IMG/VR virus record: IMGVR_UViG_3300046710_000261
Span: 91,949 to 155,948 of that record
Strand: one strand, 5' to 3'
DNA from: a virus
Lineage: Duplodnaviria; Caudoviricetes
DNA: 64,000 nucleotides
Part shown: positions 1-9,151 of the stretch, in pieces
Position numbering within the stretch: the stretch's first letter is position 1
How the letters are laid out: the number at the start of each line of letters is the position of its first letter
Translations under genes and position numbers: made by a program
Notes under the pieces: model-generated
The model's database searches: none
What the model was told of the DNA's origin: nothing
The model's input: only the letters and a program-made list of their open reading frames with translations

Positions 1-164
1 ATGTCATACCGAAACACATCAAAGGGGGCTTTCATCAAGGAAACATGAAGAGATTGACCCATAGAGTATCTTTGAATGGTAACAGAAAACGTGGCTTTCG
101 GAAATTCCCTTTTGAGTTGATTTCTGACTTTCAGCGCGATTTCTTTGATGCCTGTGTATTCCAT
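1..164 (-). CDS. Partial small early protein, LPD29-like
   Basis: My translation from ATG at 164: MEYTGIKEIALKVRNQLKREFPKATFSVTIQRYSMGQSLHV..., running off the window edge; matches the EIAxxIRxxLKxxFPxxxFSV...YSMG pattern. Confidence 0.55.
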   Translation of the reverse strand, partial: MEYTGIKEIALKVRNQLKREFPKATFSVTIQRYSMGQSLHVSLMKAPFDVFRYD

Positions 165-167
165 TTT

Positions 168-326
168 TTACTCCTTCACGATTTCAAATTGAATGGCAGA
201 TACTTCGCGTTCATCATATTGCCCAGCAAATAAAAACTCTCCGGTATTAGCAACAGAAAAACCATCCTTCTCCAATTTTTCTCTTACGATTTTTTCTACT
301 TCTTCGATAGACAATACGATTTTCAT
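168..326 (-). CDS. Hypothetical early protein
   Basis: ATG at 326 after GAGG RBS and a TTGACA...TATAAT promoter. Confidence 0.55.
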   Translation of the reverse strand: MKIVLSIEEVEKIVREKLEKDGFSVANTGEFLFAGQYDEREVSAIQFEIVKE

Positions 327-334
327 TTTTTCCT

Positions 335-385
335 CACTTTCTAAATTTATTATACCAAATTTTGGTTTCTGTGTCAAGTCTTTTT
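335..385 (-). promoter_or_regulatory. Sigma70-type early promoter (repeat copy)
   Basis: Minus strand reads TTGACAcagaaaccaaaatttggTATAAT...tagaaagtgagg; near-identical cassette at ~625-685. Confidence 0.7.
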
Positions 386-386
386 T

Positions 387-602
387 TTAGATATTTTCCC
401 CCGCTCTCATTTCTATAATTTCATTGTCAAGATTATCAATTTTTTTTTGTTGTTCATCCACCAATTTTTTGAAAGATTTTCTTAACCTATTGATTCTTTT
501 ATCTAATATTTCAATGTCTCTTACTTCATTTCCAGAAAATTCGGAAATTGAGGTGATTGTTTCTTGCCTGTAATCTTCTAACAACATATTGTATTTATTC
601 AT
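387..602 (-). CDS. Hypothetical coiled-coil protein (start approximate)
   Basis: ORF downstream of the repeated promoter cassette. Confidence 0.45.
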   Translation of the reverse strand: MNKYNMLLEDYRQETITSISEFSGNEVRDIEILDKRINRLRKSFKKLVDEQQKKIDNLDNEIIEMRAGENI

Positions 603-727
603 CAATTTTTTGTTTATGTCCACTTTTCCCTCACTTTCTAATATCATTATACCAAAATTTTGCTTGCCTGTCAAGTCTTTTTTTCATTTTTCTTCAAATT
701 ATTTTGGGGTATAACTTCTTGAAATCA

Positions 728-790
728 TTATGAAAGATTTTTCTTGACAAAATATTCAATTTTTGGTATACTAGATAATAGAAAGTGAGA
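728..790 (+). promoter_or_regulatory. Sigma70-type promoter, TTATGAAAGATTTTTCTTGACA family
   Basis: TTGACA-17-TATACT; same extended -35 element at ~35930 and ~40860. Confidence 0.7.
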
Positions 791-1556
791 GAAAATGTTT
801 TTAGAAATTATGTTTTATTGCTTTTTGATCAATGTAATATTTTTTGAAATTGGCAAAAAAATTTCTTGACATTGCATTTTTTGTATGGTAGAATAAGAGA
901 AAATGGAGGGAAGAAATGAAAGTGAATATGGAAAATGTGGTTGTTCCTTTTTGGGCAAAATTTGCAGTTTTATTTGAAGATTGTTCTTTTGTCTTCTTTG
1001 GTTCAAAACGTGGAACTGCTGAAAGTGTTTCAAATCATTGGAATGCCAAAGGCTGGAAGAATGAAGTTAAACCCGTAAATCAAGATGAATCAGTGAAATA
1101 AATGGAAGTCAAAAGAGATAGAATTACTTTTTGGTTTGGTAAGTTGACATTTGAAGTCTATTGGATAGATTTTCAATGGTCAAAAACAACCAAGGGATTT
1201 TTTGCCCCCACAATGCTTTTGTATCGTCCCAATAAGAGTTGGGAATGGCAATGGGCAGTTGTGGCAAGAGTTTTAGGTTTCGGTTTCGGTTTGTCCTGGA
1301 TGCATGTTAGTAACCCAAACATCAAGAAGGAAAGTAAATAGTGTTTTTCATTGGCAGCAAACATATAATCACAAAGCAATGGTTTGATTTTTTCAATCCT
1401 GATGCCAAAAAATTGAGGGATAATGAGGCAAAGAGATTGAAGAAAGAGGGATTTAAAGTCAAAAAAGAAAACTGGAATTGCAGTATTGAACGTGGAAGCA
1501 AATGTTTCAAACTTCGGGCAGAAAGACCCATATCTTTCAAATAAGGAGAATAAATA

Positions 1557-2015
1557 ATGTTACTGGAAAAAGGAACACTCTGTATCGTCAAGCGTGGATA
1601 TAAATGGTATCGTGCCCGTTTCGGTGGAAAGCGTGATGCGTTTTATGGCATGGACAGAATTTCCTCTTTATCCGAAACGAGAGGTAAGAAATTTGTCACT
1701 CTCGCGGCTTATCTTCGCCTGAATAAAATCAAAGAGAATGAGGAAAAAATTCTCAAGGGATTTGCTGTTGAACGGCTTTACATCAAATTTAAGAAACCCG
1801 TCAGGGTGAAGAAGGCGAAGAGGGTAAAGGCAGTGAATAAGGAAACACTCAACCCTGGTGAGAAGATTTCCGACAAAAAGGTCGAAAAACATTGGTGGTC
1901 AGCATCGAATGAAATTTGTTTATCCTGCACCAAGTCTTGCAAACAGAGTGGTTTTGTTACCATCGTTCAATGCAAGTCATATACCAAGAAAGCAAAAGAG
2001 GAAGCGAATGCTTGA
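1557..2015 (+). CDS. Basic hypothetical protein with C-terminal Cys cluster
   Basis: AGGAG RBS; CLSCTKSCKQ...QC motif. Confidence 0.6.
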   Translation: MLLEKGTLCIVKRGYKWYRARFGGKRDAFYGMDRISSLSETRGKKFVTLAAYLRLNKIKENEEKILKGFAVERLYIKFKKPVRVKKAKRVKAVNKETLNPGEKISDKKVEKHWWSASNEICLSCTKSCKQSGFVTIVQCKSYTKKAKEEANA

Positions 2016-2198
2016 TTTAGGATCATATGTTTGTTGCAAAAATTGCAAGAATTATGAGAGTTACCATAACGGATATTCCCATCGTTGTCCTGCCCTTCGC
2101 CATGAAATTGATATTGACATTGGTGGAGATGGATACGTAAGGGAAGTTGAGCCTTCCGATGAGAATACCTTTTTCTGCCGATTATTTGAGAAGGTATA

Positions 2199-2840
2199 AT
2201 GCCAGCCATTACAACAAAAGAATTTTACATAATGCTGATCAAGCGGGTTCATCCTGACAGAAATCCAAATGTGCCTGATGCTGTCAGGAAAACCCAAGAA
2301 GTAAATTCAGTAAAAAATAATTTGAATGCCCTCATACGATTAGCAATACGATGGGGATTCATGAAGGGAACACCGCCACCCGAAAGAACGAGAACAAGAA
2401 CGAGAGAAACACAATATTGGGAAACCATAACCGATTTGAGGTTTGCAACATATGTAATTTTCAAAATGGGAAGTTACAAAGTTTTAGGAAAAACGGGTGT
2501 GGTTATATTGGTTCAAAACATCAATGGCGGGAAATTTAACGGGGAGAAAAAATACACGATTTATGTCAGGGGTGTAGGTCTTTTTGAATTGAAAATAAGA
2601 AGGAAAGACTTGCCGAAATTTTTCAGCAAAATTTATCATTCTGGAATGGTTTACAACCCCTTATATAATGAGGGTGTTTTATACTTCAATAATATAAAAC
2701 AAAGGACGTTGGATAGGGAACATGAAAAAGTAAAAAATATAGTGAGAGATATTCATAGAGATATAAAAACGAAAAAGGAATATTGGGAAACGAAACAAGC
2801 GGAAGAGGAAAAGAAAAAATGGTGGCGAAAAAGAAAATGA
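2199..2840 (+). CDS. J-domain-like (HPD) protein
   Basis: N-terminal LIKRVHPDRNP...KTQEVN. Confidence 0.6.
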   Translation: MPAITTKEFYIMLIKRVHPDRNPNVPDAVRKTQEVNSVKNNLNALIRLAIRWGFMKGTPPPERTRTRTRETQYWETITDLRFATYVIFKMGSYKVLGKTGVVILVQNINGGKFNGEKKYTIYVRGVGLFELKIRRKDLPKFFSKIYHSGMVYNPLYNEGVLYFNNIKQRTLDREHEKVKNIVRDIHRDIKTKKEYWETKQAEEEKKKWWRKRK

Positions 2841-3003
2841 AAATGAAAAGGATAAAAAATACAAACAGAATAAAAATTCGTATTCCTCTTTCAACAAGGT
2901 CAGGGCATCGCATTGGAACAAAGAAGGGCAAAAAAGGATATGATAGGAAAGGGGGAAAGGAACAAAGAAAATTCTATTGGGATTATGGTGATGATTTTTG
3001 AAA

Positions 3004-3022
3004 GGGGGCCAGAAGGCCCCCG
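3004..3022. terminator. Hairpin between convergent genes
   Basis: GGGGGCC-AGAA-GGCCCCC. Confidence 0.55.
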
Positions 3023-3037
3023 CACTACCTTTGCTGA

Positions 3038-3241
3038 TTATCTGGGAAGATAATCATGGAGAGGGGTAATCCATTTGTTGACAAAGACACCCTTTGATTC
3101 AGCATTCATCAGACGATCATATGTTCTTTTGTTCACATCATAATAATCATATGTTCTTCCGCCGTGACGAAACGTGATGGATAGTCTCTGACTTTCCACA
3201 TCATACTTCACATTACTTATTGCATTTGACTTTACTCTCAT
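3038..3241 (-). CDS. KTSC domain protein
   Basis: VKSNAISNVKYD...LSITFRHGG..YDYYDV...L.NAESKG.FVN; GGAGG RBS. Confidence 0.85.
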   Translation of the reverse strand: MRVKSNAISNVKYDVESQRLSITFRHGGRTYDYYDVNKRTYDRLMNAESKGVFVNKWITPLHDYLPR

Positions 3242-3484
3242 CGAAATTCCTCCTTCTTGAGATTTATTACTCTTATTATAGCATATCAAGAATATAATTG
3301 TAAACATTTGATTTCAAAAATTTTTTCTGGTTTTGAAAAAAGTGTTTACTCATAATATTTATTTCATTTCAAATATTTGTAAGTCATTATTTGAATAATA
3401 TCCGATGTTTACAATTCGGATTGGATAGTATATAATAATGAGTGAATATGGCAATTGCCTTATAAAATTATAGGAGGAAAGTAT

Positions 3485-3802
3485 ATGAATCGAGCAGATT
3501 TAACAATTGATTTGGCCGCTGAATTGGGAATTTCCAAAAAGCAAGCGAAAGACGCTGTAACATTAATCTTTGATCAGATTGCAAAAGGAATGGTATCAGA
3601 GGGAAAAGTTACAATAGTCGATTTCGGTTCTTTCATGGCAGTTCACAAACCAGCCCGACCAGCCAGAAATCCAAGAACGGGTGAAGCAGTAACCGTTCCT
3701 GCAAGGATTGTTCCCAAATTCAAGGCTGCAAAAGCATTGAAGGCACTGGTAAGAAACGCCGATGTTCCTGAAGAATCCGCGCCAGAAGAACCAACAGAAT
3801 AA
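3485..3802 (+). CDS. hup: HU/IHF family DNA-binding protein
   Basis: MNRADL...FGSF...RPARNPRTGE...PKFKAAKALK; AGGAGG RBS. Confidence 0.95.
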   Translation: MNRADLTIDLAAELGISKKQAKDAVTLIFDQIAKGMVSEGKVTIVDFGSFMAVHKPARPARNPRTGEAVTVPARIVPKFKAAKALKALVRNADVPEESAPEEPTE

Positions 3803-3809
3803 TTATGAT

Positions 3810-3827
3810 GGGGGCTGAAAGGCCCCC
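3810..3827 (+). terminator. Hairpin after HU gene
   Basis: GGGGGCT-GAAA-GGCCCCC. Confidence 0.45.
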
Positions 3828-3847
3828 AAATAATTTCCAGGAAAAAC

Positions 3848-4756
3848 ATGATGACAAATGAATTTGATAGCACAGAAATGTGGCCCTTCAAGCATGAACC
3901 AGTTTCTCTTGACGAAATGGTTTTGAGTAATGATATACGAGAGAGACTGAAAAAAATTATAAAAACTAGACCCAACATATTATTAATCGGTCCTGCGGGA
4001 GTTGGTAAGGGAACATTCACCAATATATTTCTGAAAGAAACAGGATTGGATAGCATGAAAATAAACTGTTCTGATGAAACATCCATTGATAATGTCAGGA
4101 ATAATATAAAATCTTTTGCTACCGCACTTGGTAGAAATCCATTGAAGGTTGTTATAATGAATGAAATGGATTGGCTCAGTCTCCCCGCGCAAGCTATGTT
4201 GAGAGATTTGATAGAAAAGGTCGAAAAAATAACTCGATTTATTTTCATGTGTAATTATGGAGATAAATTGATGCCCGAATTAGTGTCCCGCTGCCAAGTA
4301 ATTTCACTTAATGCTCCACCAGAAAAGGATATAATAATTTTTTGCTGGAAAATACTTAAAAAAGAAAAAGTTATTATAAAGGATAAGATAGCAATCATCG
4401 AAATGATAAGAAAACTCTATCCTGATATAAGAGGAATAATAAATACTCTTCAATACAATACAATAGATAACACGATTGATGAAATAAAAATAATAGAAGT
4501 CAGCATTATATATAAAGAAGTGTTGGAAAATATTAAAAAGGTCGATCTCAATGAGATAAGAAGAATTTTGAGAAGCAATGCGGTAAACTATTCAGACCTA
4601 TACAATTTCTTATTTTCAAGCATAGATGAATTTAAATCGCCAGGGGATATGATAATTGAAATCGGGGATGCGTTGTATAGAGATAGTTTCTTCTCAATCA
4701 AGGAAATTAATTTCATGAGATTTATTGCTAGGTGTATAAAGGAAAAATACATATAA
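3848..4756 (+). CDS. gp44: Clamp loader AAA+ subunit (T4 gp44 / RFC small)
   Basis: Walker A GPAGVGKG, INCSDE, AQAMLR, SRC motif, YPDIR. Confidence 0.92.
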   Translation: MMTNEFDSTEMWPFKHEPVSLDEMVLSNDIRERLKKIIKTRPNILLIGPAGVGKGTFTNIFLKETGLDSMKINCSDETSIDNVRNNIKSFATALGRNPLKVVIMNEMDWLSLPAQAMLRDLIEKVEKITRFIFMCNYGDKLMPELVSRCQVISLNAPPEKDIIIFCWKILKKEKVIIKDKIAIIEMIRKLYPDIRGIINTLQYNTIDNTIDEIKIIEVSIIYKEVLENIKKVDLNEIRRILRSNAVNYSDLYNFLFSSIDEFKSPGDMIIEIGDALYRDSFFSIKEINFMRFIARCIKEKYI

Positions 4757-5127
4757 TGGCTGTGAATAAATTTGGGGAAGTTATAAATTCGATTTATGAT
4801 AAGAGAGAGATTGATTATAAACAAAGCGATCTTCCACCTTATATACTATCCTTGTATTTTTCCCACGACAAAAACCTGATTGAAATTGTAAATAGAATAA
4901 ATGAAATCCAATTCTTCCTGCCGGCAAAAATGATTTATAAATACTATTTTTACAAGATACCCAAAGGCAGACGATGGATAAAGTGGGTAAAGAAAGAAGA
5001 GAGTGGTATTTTGGATGAACAATTAGAAGAGGCGCGGGAAAGACTGGGAATATCAAGATTGGAAATGTCTAAATTCTTGCCCTTTATAAAAATGAAATGG
5101 AAAGAAAAAAATGGGGATGGGAAGTAG
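4756..5127 (+). CDS. gp62: Clamp loader subunit A (T4 gp62-like)
   Basis: Coupled to gp44; YYF..IPKGRRWIKWVKK pattern. Confidence 0.75.
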   Translation: MAVNKFGEVINSIYDKREIDYKQSDLPPYILSLYFSHDKNLIEIVNRINEIQFFLPAKMIYKYYFYKIPKGRRWIKWVKKEESGILDEQLEEARERLGISRLEMSKFLPFIKMKWKEKNGDGK

Positions 5128-5551
5128 TTTTGATTCTTATTGGGAAGAAAACCAAAAAGGAAGAAAGAGAATGTCAAAAAATTTTTGGGTAGAAAGTAAA
5201 GCCTTGGAAGAATCTTTTCAGGGTTCGCCTGGAAGAAAAAAGAAAAGTAATTATGGTGTATGTAACCAATGTAAACATTTCAGAATGCAGATTTTAGAAT
5301 TTGGTGGCGACAGAGCATTGTGTGATAGTGGTTATTATGGTGAAAATGTTATTTGGTCACAACCCAATAAGGTAGACCCCATTGTTGAATGTTCCATGTA
5401 TTATCCTAAAGGACAATTAGACTTGGCGGATATGTCTGGAATAGCAACACTGATTGATGTTAAACCCAAAGAGAAAGCAGGATTTAACTTGGGGAATGGT
5501 GAATTAGAAGTGGTGATAACACCACCAAAAGAAAAGAAGGAGGAAGAATAA
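5111..5551 (+). CDS. Hypothetical Cys-containing protein
   Basis: CNQCKH...C...C; lies within the replication cluster. Confidence 0.55.
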   Translation: MGMGSSFDSYWEENQKGRKRMSKNFWVESKALEESFQGSPGRKKKSNYGVCNQCKHFRMQILEFGGDRALCDSGYYGENVIWSQPNKVDPIVECSMYYPKGQLDLADMSGIATLIDVKPKEKAGFNLGNGELEVVITPPKEKKEEE

Positions 5552-6307
5552 ATGCGCTTACATGTGGGAGAGTTCAAAAAAATTCTCAAAAAAGCAACAG
5601 TGAATTTTGCTTTTGAAAGTGTTCAAATTAACTTTAAGAAAAATTCAGTAAAGAGTGGAATGATAGCGAAGGCAAATGATGTCATATCTATCATTAATAT
5701 TCCGAGCAATGATGCCCTTATTGAAATGGATACAGTCCAGGATATATCTCTTAATTTCAATGACCCCAATACAAATGTTCTGCCTTATCTAAATGTATAT
5801 GATGATGGGGATGTAATTAATGTTGAAACATCTTTGGAAAAAATGGTTCTATCTATGGACGCACAGAAGGTTAATATTCACTTCTGCCCATCAGAGCTTG
5901 TTACAATATTCACAAGTGATACCATACGTTCTGATGTAAAATGTTTTCATGAAATGAAATTAGATGATGTTTTCATCAGAAACTTTCTAAAGATCAAGAA
6001 AATAGGAGCAACATTCGGGAAAGTTTATTTCGGGGTTGATAATAACATTTTATATATGGAGACTACGGACCAGAAAAATACTTATGCAAATTCTTTGAGG
6101 GTGAATTTAGTTCCTCTCAAGATGGAAAATTTGGCTTTATTCTTCCAATATAAAGATTTGGTAAATGTTTTCTCTGTTATCGGGGAAGAGTATGCTGATT
6201 TTGTTCTTAGTTTGTCATGGACTAAATCTCAAGATTTAGGAATGATTTCATTCATTAAAACGGATAGTAGCGAAAAATATTATCTTTTATCAAAATTAGA
6301 TCAATAG
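5552..6307 (+). CDS. gp45: Sliding clamp (T4 gp45-like)
   Basis: ~250 aa beta-rich protein next to the clamp loader; C-terminal KYYLLS; call rests mainly on context. Confidence 0.65.
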   Translation: MRLHVGEFKKILKKATVNFAFESVQINFKKNSVKSGMIAKANDVISIINIPSNDALIEMDTVQDISLNFNDPNTNVLPYLNVYDDGDVINVETSLEKMVLSMDAQKVNIHFCPSELVTIFTSDTIRSDVKCFHEMKLDDVFIRNFLKIKKIGATFGKVYFGVDNNILYMETTDQKNTYANSLRVNLVPLKMENLALFFQYKDLVNVFSVIGEEYADFVLSLSWTKSQDLGMISFIKTDSSEKYYLLSKLDQ

Positions 6308-6310
6308 GAC

Positions 6311-6340
6311 GTTTACAATTTGAAATGAATATGTTATAAT
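6311..6340 (+). promoter_or_regulatory. Promoter of Ubl gene
   Basis: TTTACA-17-TATAAT with extended TG. Confidence 0.7.
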
Positions 6341-6394
6341 TATTTCATAATCGTAAAACGATAAAGTTGCAAAATCCAAATTTGGAGGTTAATT

Positions 6395-6670
6395 ATGTCA
6401 GAGAGAGACGAAAGAGAAGTATGGGCAAGAGAAGAAAGTCCCAGAAACCTTGAGGGATTGGGAACCTTTGCGTTAGTCAATGGAGCACAGATTCCTTTGA
6501 CCGCAGGTGCCAGCTTCAAGGATACTTGTCTCCAGCTTTCCCGTGATGCGGGTTTCGGAAAGTTCCGTGTTTATCTAAACGGTTCAGAGATTACCCCATC
6601 CCAGGCACCCGAAACATTGAATGAGGGTGACAAAATGGAGATAAGAGCTTTTGACGTTGCTGGTAGATAA
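6395..6670 (+). CDS. Ubiquitin-like (beta-grasp, ThiS/MoaD-like) protein
   Basis: 91 aa; FRVYLNG...LNEGDKMEI...VAG-R end resembles ThiS/MoaD/SAMP C-terminal half; adjacent to E1 and JAB genes. Confidence 0.75.
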   Translation: MSERDEREVWAREESPRNLEGLGTFALVNGAQIPLTAGASFKDTCLQLSRDAGFGKFRVYLNGSEITPSQAPETLNEGDKMEIRAFDVAGR

Positions 6671-6713
6671 AAGCTGTCAAATTTTCGAAAATTTGTAAAC
6701 GCCAGCGTTGCTT

Positions 6714-6749
6714 GAGGAAGAAAGAGAAATTTTTCTTCCTCTTTTTTTA
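6714..6749 (+). terminator. Intrinsic terminator after Ubl
   Basis: GAGGAAGAAAGA-GAAA-TTTTTCTTCCTC followed by T-run. Confidence 0.7.
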
Positions 6750-6751
6750 TG

Positions 6752-6780
6752 TTTACATATTGATGTTTTTATGTTATAAT
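6752..6780 (+). promoter_or_regulatory. Promoter of E2-E2-E1-JAB operon
   Basis: TTTACA...TGTTATAAT. Confidence 0.65.
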
Positions 6781-6826
6781 ATAAGTAGAATTGTATTGTC
6801 TATTTTTCAATATAGGAGAGAAAAAC

Positions 6827-7780
6827 ATGGCAGAAAAAAATCTTGATGATCTGAAATCGGAAATGACCAATTGCCTCAATGTTGTAGATATTGAGAAGAT
6901 CAAATTGGATAAAGTGACAATGAGAGTTGGAAACAAGATCGTTCAGCTTGCCGTTGTCGGTGATGCTTCTTCCACATCTGTTGATCAGGAAATCAGAAAA
7001 GAATATAGCGAAAAACTAACCAAGAAACTTGCTCAAATTGGAGATATAATCAATAACAAGATGAGTGAAGTTACGGCCATGGTCAGTCAGATCAAAAGTG
7101 AATATGATCGAAAAGAAAAAATCATAAATGACAGAATGAGAAATATGTCTCCCATGCCTGATGTAAATTTAGATATGGCAAGAAAGGGAATGTATGTTTT
7201 CAAGGGAGATAGTGGAGAAGTTTGCTATCTTATCAGGGGAAAATATCGTCCTCTTATGATCGACCAGAAGCCCCTTAAACCTGTCCAGGCCAAAAAACTT
7301 GAAGCAGATATTTTCATTATGTTCAATGTAAAAGATGGAAAAAACATATCAATGGTGTCTACCAGAGATATAAACACTCTTGACTATTTTGATCATTATC
7401 ACCAAGCAAAACCCGATTGTTGGGGGAAATGGATGTGGCCGAAAGATTTTAAAACTCCTTATGATCTGTTTTCTATTGCTAGAACAGCAGAAGGTGTTTT
7501 GGAAAATATCAATACTGGTTCTATAGCAAATAGAAATCCAAGGATATATCCAAAGATTGATGTTCTGAGAAAATACATTATTGACACTGATGAATTGAAA
7601 TCTGAATTGGATGGCATGAAAAAGGGAAAGAAGAAATCCTGGATGGAAATGGATGAATTGGAATTGGAAAGACTTGCTGAAGGAAGAATGCCGGAACCAG
7701 AAGTGGCCCAGCCCCTACCAGGAGAAGAATTAAGACCTCAGAGACGAGAAGGCACGGAAACTTGGGATACAGGAAGGTAA
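6827..7780 (+). CDS. Putative prokaryotic E2-like protein with N-terminal coiled coil (paralog 1)
   Basis: FDHYHQAKPDCWG (His...Cys spacing reminiscent of E2 HPN...C) and LENINTGS; lies between Ubl and E1. Confidence 0.55.
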   Translation: MAEKNLDDLKSEMTNCLNVVDIEKIKLDKVTMRVGNKIVQLAVVGDASSTSVDQEIRKEYSEKLTKKLAQIGDIINNKMSEVTAMVSQIKSEYDRKEKIINDRMRNMSPMPDVNLDMARKGMYVFKGDSGEVCYLIRGKYRPLMIDQKPLKPVQAKKLEADIFIMFNVKDGKNISMVSTRDINTLDYFDHYHQAKPDCWGKWMWPKDFKTPYDLFSIARTAEGVLENINTGSIANRNPRIYPKIDVLRKYIIDTDELKSELDGMKKGKKKSWMEMDELELERLAEGRMPEPEVAQPLPGEELRPQRREGTETWDTGR

Positions 7781-7786
7781 ACCAAT

Positions 7787-8533
7787 ATGGCATTCATATG
7801 GCAATCAAGCGATTTGAAGGTAGACTTTGAAGAATATAAAAAAAGGTGTGTTCAAACTATGAAAGCAACAGAACCCAAACCCGTTGACCCGAAATATTTC
7901 AAGAGATGGATGGAAGAAATGACTGTCATGGTTGATCAAATACGGAAAGAATATGAGAGAAAAGAAAAATCATTATATAACAAAATGAAAAATACTGCTC
8001 CCATGCCTGATGTAGATTTTGATTATGCCAGAAGGGGAATGACAGTATTCAATGGGAAAAATGGAAGAGTATGTTATTTGATAAAGGGAGAATATCGCCC
8101 CAAAATGGTTGATAATGCGTTTATTTCTTCTATTCAGGCGAAAAAAATGAGGCATGATATTTATTTTTTGGTTGAAATGGTAAAAAGCAAGATATACAGC
8201 ATTTCAACCAGAAGAATAAAAGACCTTGCTTTTTTTGACCACTATCATCAAGCACATCCTGATTGTTGGGGTAGTTATCGGTGGCCAGAAGAAATTAATT
8301 CCCCTGAAGAATTATTTCATATAATAATAAATGCAGAGACTGTCTTGGAAAATATCAATACACATTCTATTGCTCGCCGTGACCCAAAAGATTTACCAGA
8401 GATTGATGTTTTGAAAAAGAAATATTTGAGAAAAACACTAATAAACAAAAGGATTGTGAAAAACAAATCAGCATGGTATAGCAGAAGCAGTTCAAGCGAA
8501 TATGATGAATATGGTGATGGAGATGACTATTAA
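7787..8533 (+). CDS. Putative prokaryotic E2-like protein (paralog 2)
   Basis: Shares PMPDV, CYLI.G.YRP, FDHYHQAHPDCWG and LENINT.SIA.R.P with the upstream gene. Confidence 0.55.
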   Translation: MAFIWQSSDLKVDFEEYKKRCVQTMKATEPKPVDPKYFKRWMEEMTVMVDQIRKEYERKEKSLYNKMKNTAPMPDVDFDYARRGMTVFNGKNGRVCYLIKGEYRPKMVDNAFISSIQAKKMRHDIYFLVEMVKSKIYSISTRRIKDLAFFDHYHQAHPDCWGSYRWPEEINSPEELFHIIINAETVLENINTHSIARRDPKDLPEIDVLKKKYLRKTLINKRIVKNKSAWYSRSSSSEYDEYGDGDDY

Positions 8534-8551
8534 AAGAAAGGAGAATGAAAA

Positions 8552-9139
8552 ATGACAATGTTGTATGATAGGCAAAAGGCTTTACAGTTGAGAACCCCAT
8601 CTATTACCGTTGTAGGATGCGGTGGTATTGGATTTTGGGTTGGAAAATTTTGCGCCATGGCCGGGATAGAGACAATCCATTTATTCGACCCTGATACAAT
8701 TGAAGATCATAATAGAAACCGATTGGATTTGACCGAAAAAGCAATCGGTGTAAATAAAGCACAAGTTCTCAAAGACCTTATCGTTGAATTGAGGCCCGAA
8801 GTGTCTTGCTATGCAATGCCTTTCAAATATCAGGAACATCTGGCCAAAAAAACCGATTGGGTTATTGATTGCACCGATTTGTCAAAGTCCCAAGAAGAAA
8901 ATTTGAAGATAGCCAAAAAATTCGGAAGCAAATATGTAAAAGCGGGTTATGATGGAGAACATATCTCTATCAATAACAATTTGGCAGAATGGGGTGTTGC
9001 CGAAGATGGATATACAGTAATTCCGTCTTGGGTTGTTCCTGCTGTCATTGTCGCCGCGCTGACCGTAGCAAAAATTATGAAGTATGACAAAGAAGAAATT
9101 TCAACAACAATCCAAAGATTGTTTTCGTTAAAACATTAG
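8552..9139 (+). CDS. ThiF/MoeB/E1-family adenylyltransferase
   Basis: YDRQ, VVGCGGIG, FDPDTIEDHNRNR, GVNKA, VIDCTD. Confidence 0.92.
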   Translation: MTMLYDRQKALQLRTPSITVVGCGGIGFWVGKFCAMAGIETIHLFDPDTIEDHNRNRLDLTEKAIGVNKAQVLKDLIVELRPEVSCYAMPFKYQEHLAKKTDWVIDCTDLSKSQEENLKIAKKFGSKYVKAGYDGEHISINNNLAEWGVAEDGYTVIPSWVVPAVIVAALTVAKIMKYDKEEISTTIQRLFSLKH

Positions 9140-9151
9140 AAGGGGGATGCA

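Noticed and set aside
168-674. Similar N-termini MTQKPKFGIINLESE / MTGKQNFGIMILESE in the ORF track
   Set aside because: These are translations of the repeated TTGACA promoter/RBS cassette; the real starts are downstream
5552-6307. Clamp N-terminus MRLHVGEF as a member of the MRL leader family
   Set aside because: Lacks the aromatic-L/I-x-E spacing and lies in a replication cluster; probably coincidental
6395-9139. ThiS/ThiF thiamine or MoaD/MoeB molybdopterin biosynthesis
   Set aside because: No thiG, moaE or sulfurtransferase in the window; intervening Cys-motif paralogs and JAB fit conjugation better, though sulfur transfer is not formally excluded
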